Assembly: GCA_963701855.1 (NCBI GenBank)
Contig: CAVPBK010000005.1
Span: 224,001 to 288,000, forward strand
Source of the DNA: Nitrospirota bacterium
GTDB lineage: Bacteria > Nitrospirota > Nitrospiria > Nitrospirales > Nitrospiraceae
Reading direction: 5' to 3'
Length of the DNA stretch: 64,000 nt
The translations under genes and the position numbers were made by a program. The notes under the pieces were generated by a model. The model worked only from the letters and a program-made list of their open reading frames with translations. It was not told the origin of the DNA and made no database searches. Of the stretch, positions 58,996 to 64,000 are shown in pieces (the stretch's first letter is position 1; every line of letters starts with the position of its first letter).

Positions 58996-59649
58996 ATGGT
59001 CCTGAAAGCCATCAGAGAAGATCTCCGGGCCGTGTTCGACCGAGATCCGGCGGCGACGAGTTGGCTTGAAGTCGTGCTGACCTACGCCGGCTTTCATGCC
59101 GTATCGGCCTACCGCGTATCCCATTGGCTCAAGACCCATCATATCCCGTTTCTTCCCCGCTTCATTTCTCAGACTGCTCGCATTCTGACGGGAATCGAAA
59201 TCCATCCTTCGGCGACGATTGGTACCGGGTTCTTCATCGACCATGGAATGGGTGTGGTCATCGGCGAGACGGCAGAGATCGGAGATTATGTGACCCTCTT
59301 TCAGGGTGTGACGCTTGGTGGGACGGGGAAGGAACGAGGGAAACGCCATCCTACGCTTGGCAATCACGTGGTCGTCGGAGCGGGGGCCAAGATTCTCGGC
59401 GGTATCACGGTCGGCGACAATGTGAAGATCGGCGCCAATTCGGTCGTGCTCAAGAACGTCGTTGCCAATTCCACTGTCATTGGAGTGCCGGCCCGCGTCA
59501 TTAAAACTCAAGGCGAACGGCTGCCCGACGCCACCATGGACCACAGTAACCTGCCGGACCCAGTCAGTGACCGGCTCATGGCACTCGAGCAGGAGTTGAT
59601 CGAATTGCGCAAGAAGCTGGAAAATCAAGACTCCCCCCGCCTGCTCTAG
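58996..59649 (+). CDS. cysE: Serine O-acetyltransferase
   Basis: [38 protein letters not shown]. Confidence 0.96.
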   Translation: MVLKAIREDLRAVFDRDPAATSWLEVVLTYAGFHAVSAYRVSHWLKTHHIPFLPRFISQTARILTGIEIHPSATIGTGFFIDHGMGVVIGETAEIGDYVTLFQGVTLGGTGKERGKRHPTLGNHVVVGAGAKILGGITVGDNVKIGANSVVLKNVVANSTVIGVPARVIKTQGERLPDATMDHSNLPDPVSDRLMALEQELIELRKKLENQDSPRLL

Positions 59650-59656
59650 CGAGACG

Positions 59657-59745
59657 GGTTTATCTGGTCTGTCTGGTTCATCTGGTTAGTTTCGTTCAAC
59701 CAAACACACGAGACAGACCGAACAGATCAGATGGACCAGTCAGAC
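59657..59745. repeat. Inverted nonamer hairpin between convergent cysE and truA
   Basis: GGTTTATCT-GGTCTGTCT-GGTTCATCT-GGTTAGTTT then AACCAAACA-CACGAGACA-GACCGAACA-GATCAGATG-GACCAG. Confidence 0.85.
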
Positions 59746-59755
59746 TGGCGGACTG

Positions 59756-60493
59756 CTATTCGTAATCTACGCGCATGAGACAGAGTCCATGAGGAGGGGC
59801 GGTTTGGCCTGCTGCAGACCGATTCCGCGCCCGCAAGACTTCTGTGAGACTGTCGGGAGTGCGTTTGCCCAGCCCCACTTCGACCACCGTTCCCACTATT
59901 GCGCGGACCATGTGTTTCAGAAACCTGTCGGCGTAGGCCTCAATGAGGATCTGATCGTCGTGGCGGATGATCGCGATTCGTTGCAGATGGCAGATGGGAT
60001 TGTTGTTGTCCGTGAGACTTCCCTCGAAGGAGGAAAAGTCTTGCGATCCGATCAGCGTCGCTGCTGCCTGTTGCATGGCAGTTTCATTCAGCGGTTTGTA
60101 GATGTGCCAGGCGAACGCGCGATCGATGGTGGGACGGGCTGGACGATGAAGAAGCCGATAGGTGTAGAGCTTGCCTCGTGCATCGTGTTGGGCATGAAAG
60201 CGGTCATCCATTAGGGTCGAGGACCGAACGGCAATGTCTTTTGGCAGCACGGCATTGAGCGCCCGCATCCAGTTGGAGGCGGGCCAATCCAGGTTTGTGA
60301 GGAAACTCGCCACTTGACCTCGCGCATGCACGCCGGAGTCCGTGCGGCCTGCGCCGATGACGGATACCGTGGCTTGGCTGACCTGCCGAATGGCTTGTTC
60401 GATGGCTTCTTGGATCGTGAGGTGATCAGGTTGGCGCTGCCATCCTGCGTAGCAGGTCCCGTCGTACTCTAAGACTAACTTGACCGTAGGCAT
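59756..60493 (-). CDS. truA: tRNA pseudouridine(38-40) synthase
   Basis: YDGT..GWQRQ, AGRTDSGVHA, FLKHMVR, TAPPHGL. Confidence 0.96.
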   Translation of the reverse strand: MPTVKLVLEYDGTCYAGWQRQPDHLTIQEAIEQAIRQVSQATVSVIGAGRTDSGVHARGQVASFLTNLDWPASNWMRALNAVLPKDIAVRSSTLMDDRFHAQHDARGKLYTYRLLHRPARPTIDRAFAWHIYKPLNETAMQQAAATLIGSQDFSSFEGSLTDNNNPICHLQRIAIIRHDDQILIEAYADRFLKHMVRAIVGTVVEVGLGKRTPDSLTEVLRARNRSAAGQTAPPHGLCLMRVDYE

Positions 60494-60521
60494 TGACGTA
60501 GGGGTTTGAACAGTGCGGAGG

Positions 60522-61805
60522 TCATCGCGTGGCGAGCTTCGACGAGGCGAGGAAGGACTTGACACCCTCCATCAGTGCTTCTGCCACGCGTGTGGTGAAG
60601 CGGTTGGTTCGGAGCAGGTCTTCTTCGTCAGCGTTCGAGATATAGGCGATTTCGGCCAGGATACTGGGCATGCTGGTGAATCGGAGCACATAGAAAGGCG
60701 CAGTTTTTACTCCATGGTCCACCAAGGTGTAGTGGTCGTTTAGGTTGGTCACCATGGCTTCCTTAGCGGTCCAGGCAAGTTCAAGAGACTCTTCGATCTT
60801 TTTTGCCGTCAGGAGATCGGCGACAAGATATTCCCATCCCACGCCGGTGCTGTTGAGAGGGGTTCCATTTTCTCGGGCCGCCACTTCGAGCGCTCGTTGA
60901 TCCTTGGCCTCTCCGAAGTGGTAAACCTCAATTCCCTTCACGGAGCGTTGTGGGTGGGAGTTGACATGGATCGACACGAACAGATCCGCCTCCTGTCCAT
61001 TGGCAAATTTCGCACGGTCTTCCAACTCGACGAACTGGTCCCGCTCACGGGTCATGAGGACACGGACTCCAGGTTGCCGGCTCAAGAGATCGCGAAGCTT
61101 CAACGCAACTTTCAGTGTAATGTCTTTTTCTTCCGTCCCGCGTTGCCCACGTGCCCCAGGATCTTTCCCGCCGTGCCCTGGATCGATCACGATGGTCTTA
61201 TAGGATTTGGCTCGCGGCTGAGAAGGCTGCGGAGGAGTGGGGAGTGGAAGTCCTAGGTCTGGTGTCGATTTAACAGGCGGAGCTGTCAGGAGTTCACGGG
61301 GAGGCACTACATCGATGACAAGTCGTGGAGGGTCCGCCAGCGTGAGCCATTTATAGCTTTTAAATGAACCAGTTGGCAGAGAGACATGTACAGATCGTTC
61401 AGATGGCTGGGTAATGATAAATGGTTTGGCAATCTTGCCAGCTGAAAGCTTCATCTTGGCGGATGTGCTCAAGGTGGCGTTGGGAATCTCGATGGTTACC
61501 CCCTCGGCCTGGAATTGGGGATGTTTGCTGGGACGGACCTTCGTGTCGAGGTCAAGCACAAGCCTCGTCAACTCGGGCGAGCTGGCCGTCCTGAGGTTCT
61601 GAATCGTCGTCAGCCCGAGCGGAGTGGGGACCATGCGTATAGGGGAGGTACGAGACTGTTTAGGCTTGGCGGGAGGCTCCTGATGGGCGGTACTCGTTGC
61701 TGCAAATGCCTGATCGGTGTGAAACGGAATGAGGGTATGCCCAGAGAGGCCGAAGAGTCCGGCCAGGAAGGTGAGGGTAAGAATGCGCCACAGGGCTGAT
61801 CGCAT
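60522..61805 (-). CDS. N-acetylmuramoyl-L-alanine amidase (AMIN plus Amidase_3, AmiC-like)
   Basis: Signal peptide, PPRLVID, IDPGHGGKDPGA, SIHVNS, MPSILAE. Confidence 0.92.
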   Translation of the reverse strand: MRSALWRILTLTFLAGLFGLSGHTLIPFHTDQAFAATSTAHQEPPAKPKQSRTSPIRMVPTPLGLTTIQNLRTASSPELTRLVLDLDTKVRPSKHPQFQAEGVTIEIPNATLSTSAKMKLSAGKIAKPFIITQPSERSVHVSLPTGSFKSYKWLTLADPPRLVIDVVPPRELLTAPPVKSTPDLGLPLPTPPQPSQPRAKSYKTIVIDPGHGGKDPGARGQRGTEEKDITLKVALKLRDLLSRQPGVRVLMTRERDQFVELEDRAKFANGQEADLFVSIHVNSHPQRSVKGIEVYHFGEAKDQRALEVAARENGTPLNSTGVGWEYLVADLLTAKKIEESLELAWTAKEAMVTNLNDHYTLVDHGVKTAPFYVLRFTSMPSILAEIAYISNADEEDLLRTNRFTTRVAEALMEGVKSFLASSKLATR

Positions 61806-61947
61806 GGGTATTCACGGTATGTGATGGAATGGGATGGGATATAGAGTTTTTTCTCAGATGCGTGTGCCGTTGTCAAGAGGATCGGTCGTGCTAACAGCCG
61901 ACGGAACCGATTGACAGTGAGCAGTGCGAGCAGTAGGGTTACGGATT

Positions 61948-62481
61948 ATGGCACTCCACCTGATCGTCGATGGGTACAATCTCTTGGCGCTGACAGGTCG
62001 GATCGGTGCAGGGACGAGCTTGCATTCCGAGACGGCACGCGAGTCTTTCCTGCGCGATTTGGCGGCGTATCGTCAACGAAAATCCCATGCGATCACGGTG
62101 GTCTTTGACGGATGGCAACAAGGATGGGGCACAGAACAGCGGGAGCATCGGCTTGGTCTTGAAATTATCTTCTCTCGACGGGGAGAAAAGGCCGATCAGG
62201 TGATTCAACGTTTGGCTGCTGAGTTCGGATCCGCCTGCGCGGTGGTGAGTTCTGATCGTGAGATCGTCAACGTTGCGACGGCGCAGGGGGCCTTCGTCAT
62301 GAAAGCCCAGGAGTTTATTGGGAAACTGCAGGGGCCGTCGAGCTTGAGCCGAGCTTCCCTCCACAAGGAACTGGATACAGGGGAGGATCTTCGCCCGAAG
62401 CGAGGTCCGGAGAAGCGCGGGAACCCGAGGAAGTTACCCAAGGCGCTGCGACAGCGCAACCGGCAGCTCAAGCGATTTTGA
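61948..62481 (+). CDS. NYN-domain (YacP-like) ribonuclease
   Basis: LIVDGYNL, VVFDG, ADQVI, VVSSDREI. Confidence 0.82.
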   Translation: MALHLIVDGYNLLALTGRIGAGTSLHSETARESFLRDLAAYRQRKSHAITVVFDGWQQGWGTEQREHRLGLEIIFSRRGEKADQVIQRLAAEFGSACAVVSSDREIVNVATAQGAFVMKAQEFIGKLQGPSSLSRASLHKELDTGEDLRPKRGPEKRGNPRKLPKALRQRNRQLKRF

Positions 62482-63247
62482 ACAGTCGTTTCGCGTTCTC
62501 GGTCGTAATGCGTCCGATGGTGTCGACCGACATGCCCGGTGCATCGGCATGAAGCTCCGCCAGTTTTTTCGCGACAAAGGACACGTAAGCCGGCTCGTTT
62601 CGTCTGCCTCGATGAGGGATGGGAGTCAGATACGGGCAGTCGGTTTCGATCAGGAGGCGGTCTAACGGAGCAGTCTTGGCGATATCTCGGAGCATTGTCG
62701 CGTTTTGAAACGTGAGAATACCGGAGAACGAGAGGTAGAACCCTAAGTCCAGCGCATCCTTTGCCAGCCACGCATCCCCTGAGAAGCAGTGAAAAACCCC
62801 GCCGATTTCTGACGCGCGCTCCTCTTTCAAAATTGCAATCGTATCATCTTGGGCCTCTCGCGTGTGAATGATCACCGGGAGTTTCAGCTCGCGTGCAAGT
62901 TGGATCTGTTCGCGAAATCGCTCGCGCTGTTCCTTCGGTGATGAATGATTGTAGTGGTAGTCAAGGCCGATCTCCCCATAGGCGACCACTTTTTTGTTCT
63001 GTGCTAGCCGGCGGAAATCGTCGTACCAGTTATCGAGGATATGCTTCACTTCATGCGGATGGACGCCGAGGGAGGCATAGACGAACGGGTATTGCTCTGC
63101 CAGTGCGATCGCCGCCTGGCTGGTTGCCAGATCGCAGCCGATGGTGACGAAGGCTTCGACGCCGGCTTCCCGGGCGCGGGCAATCATCGCCTCGCGATCC
63201 TCATTGTAGCGGGCATCGTCCAGATGGGTATGCGTATCGAAGAGCAT
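62468..63247 (-). CDS. tatD: TatD-family nuclease
   Basis: DTHTH, GVHPH, GEIGLDY, IIHTR, HCFSG, ETDCPYL. Confidence 0.95.
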   Translation of the reverse strand: MLFDTHTHLDDARYNEDREAMIARAREAGVEAFVTIGCDLATSQAAIALAEQYPFVYASLGVHPHEVKHILDNWYDDFRRLAQNKKVVAYGEIGLDYHYNHSSPKEQRERFREQIQLARELKLPVIIHTREAQDDTIAILKEERASEIGGVFHCFSGDAWLAKDALDLGFYLSFSGILTFQNATMLRDIAKTAPLDRLLIETDCPYLTPIPHRGRRNEPAYVSFVAKKLAELHADAPGMSVDTIGRITTENAKRLFKIA

Positions 63248-63463
63248 TGCAAACGGATACTAGCACGGGCCTCAACTCTTGAGAAAGCATCTGCGGCTTA
63301 TATCGTGCACAGAATAGCGGTCTGCCCGACGGACGACTGTGAAGAATACCCATCCTTCGAATGCAAGCGCTTCTATGGCTGATGGATGAGCTTGTGTCTC
63401 GGAGGGTAGAGAGGTGTACCCGATTCCAAAGGGGGGTTGACATAGATAGGCCAGGACCTGTAT

Positions 63464-63478
63464 TGATACTAATTATCA
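63464..63478. promoter_or_regulatory. Fur-box-like 7-1-7 inverted repeat downstream of TTGACA (63437-63442)
   Basis: TGATACT-A-ATTATCA, one mismatch to TGATAAT-N-ATTATCA. Confidence 0.65.
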
Positions 63479-63549
63479 AATTCAGAAATTCGCCGGTACT
63501 GCCAGTCACATAAGGCATTCGGCAAGAGGCCAGAGCACTTCGAGTCCAG

Positions 63550-63586
63550 AGCCCAGGGTCGCCAATCGGCGACTGTGGGCTTTTTT
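63550..63586 (+). terminator. Intrinsic terminator
   Basis: GCCCAGGGTCGCC-AATC-GGCGACTGTGGGC followed by TTTTTT. Confidence 0.75.
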
Positions 63587-64000
63587 ATTGTGATGAGGGG
63601 CGATGTGAACGGGTTCCAAGACAACTCCCAAATGCTGTTCCGTCTTGATGCGGAGGAATCAAGGCTTCGAGGGGAAAGTGCTGTTGCATGGCAGCAAATC
63701 TGTCGGCGGTTTCCGGTTCATAGGCAACCGGGGCATGGAGTCATCGTATCGCCATTTCAAGAGCAGTCATCTCCAATTACTCAACAAACAATATTTCGCT
63801 CACACAGTAAAGGCAGGGAGCATGCAGGTAAGCAGAGAAAGCTTCTAGGGTGGAACATATCAGTGTTGCTCCATGGTCTTGTCCTGACTGTTGTGACGGT
63901 GCTCAATCTTCACATGACTTCTCCACGAGTGACGCCACAGAAGGAGGCGTTCCATTGGGATGTGTCGCTCGTTTCGGTCCCCAAGACTGAACCCGTCGTT

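Noticed and set aside
58690..59628. Long minus-strand ORFs opposite core genes (also 6331-7149, 16609-17337, 55548-56339)
   Set aside because: Antisense shadows of well-supported plus-strand genes.
2439..59745. CRISPR array interpretation of the short repeats
   Set aside because: Units are 7-9 bp, tandem, without unique spacers; no cas genes are visible.
63490..63560. c-di-GMP riboswitch or ANTAR motif (GGCAAGAGGCC)
   Set aside because: It lacks the remaining consensus elements, and the loop length does not fit.

Overview
This is a Gram-negative bacterial chromosomal window. Gene content and repeat style suggest Nitrospira or a related Nitrospirota member (inference only). It holds a long, almost all plus-strand envelope super-operon: bamA-skp-skp-fabZ-lpxA-lpxI-gnnA-like-lpxB-msbA-DUF374-waaA-lpxK-waaF/gmhB fusion and LPS core glycosyltransferases (1-25.9 kb), then an IS3. 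A heavily frameshifted polysaccharide island follows (27.4-45 kb: MarR-type regulator, UpxY/NusG paralogue, MNT-HEPN pair, ligase, Wzx, IS30, glycosyltransferases, WcaJ), then rfbBDA, kdsC, manC, pmm/pgm, fbp, fbaB, degP, ispDF, cysE, truA, amidase, NYN protein and tatD. The most striking unexplained structure is more than 20 hairpin-like elements. Each is a short tandem array (7- or 9-bp unit, several unrelated unit families) followed by its reverse-complement array, sitting on stop/start junctions or in frame inside core genes. Four of them enclose a four-helix-bundle (23S-IVP/Avd-like) gene, two enclose internally deleted copies of that gene, two sites are nested, and the rest are empty. 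Together they look like a candidate intervening or mobile cassette system with no transposase in view. Also seen: a TIR-bounded MITE family, an A10 frameshift in DUF374, and a Fur-box-preceded short terminated transcript near the right end. All coordinates were read by eye; no alignments or searches were run.
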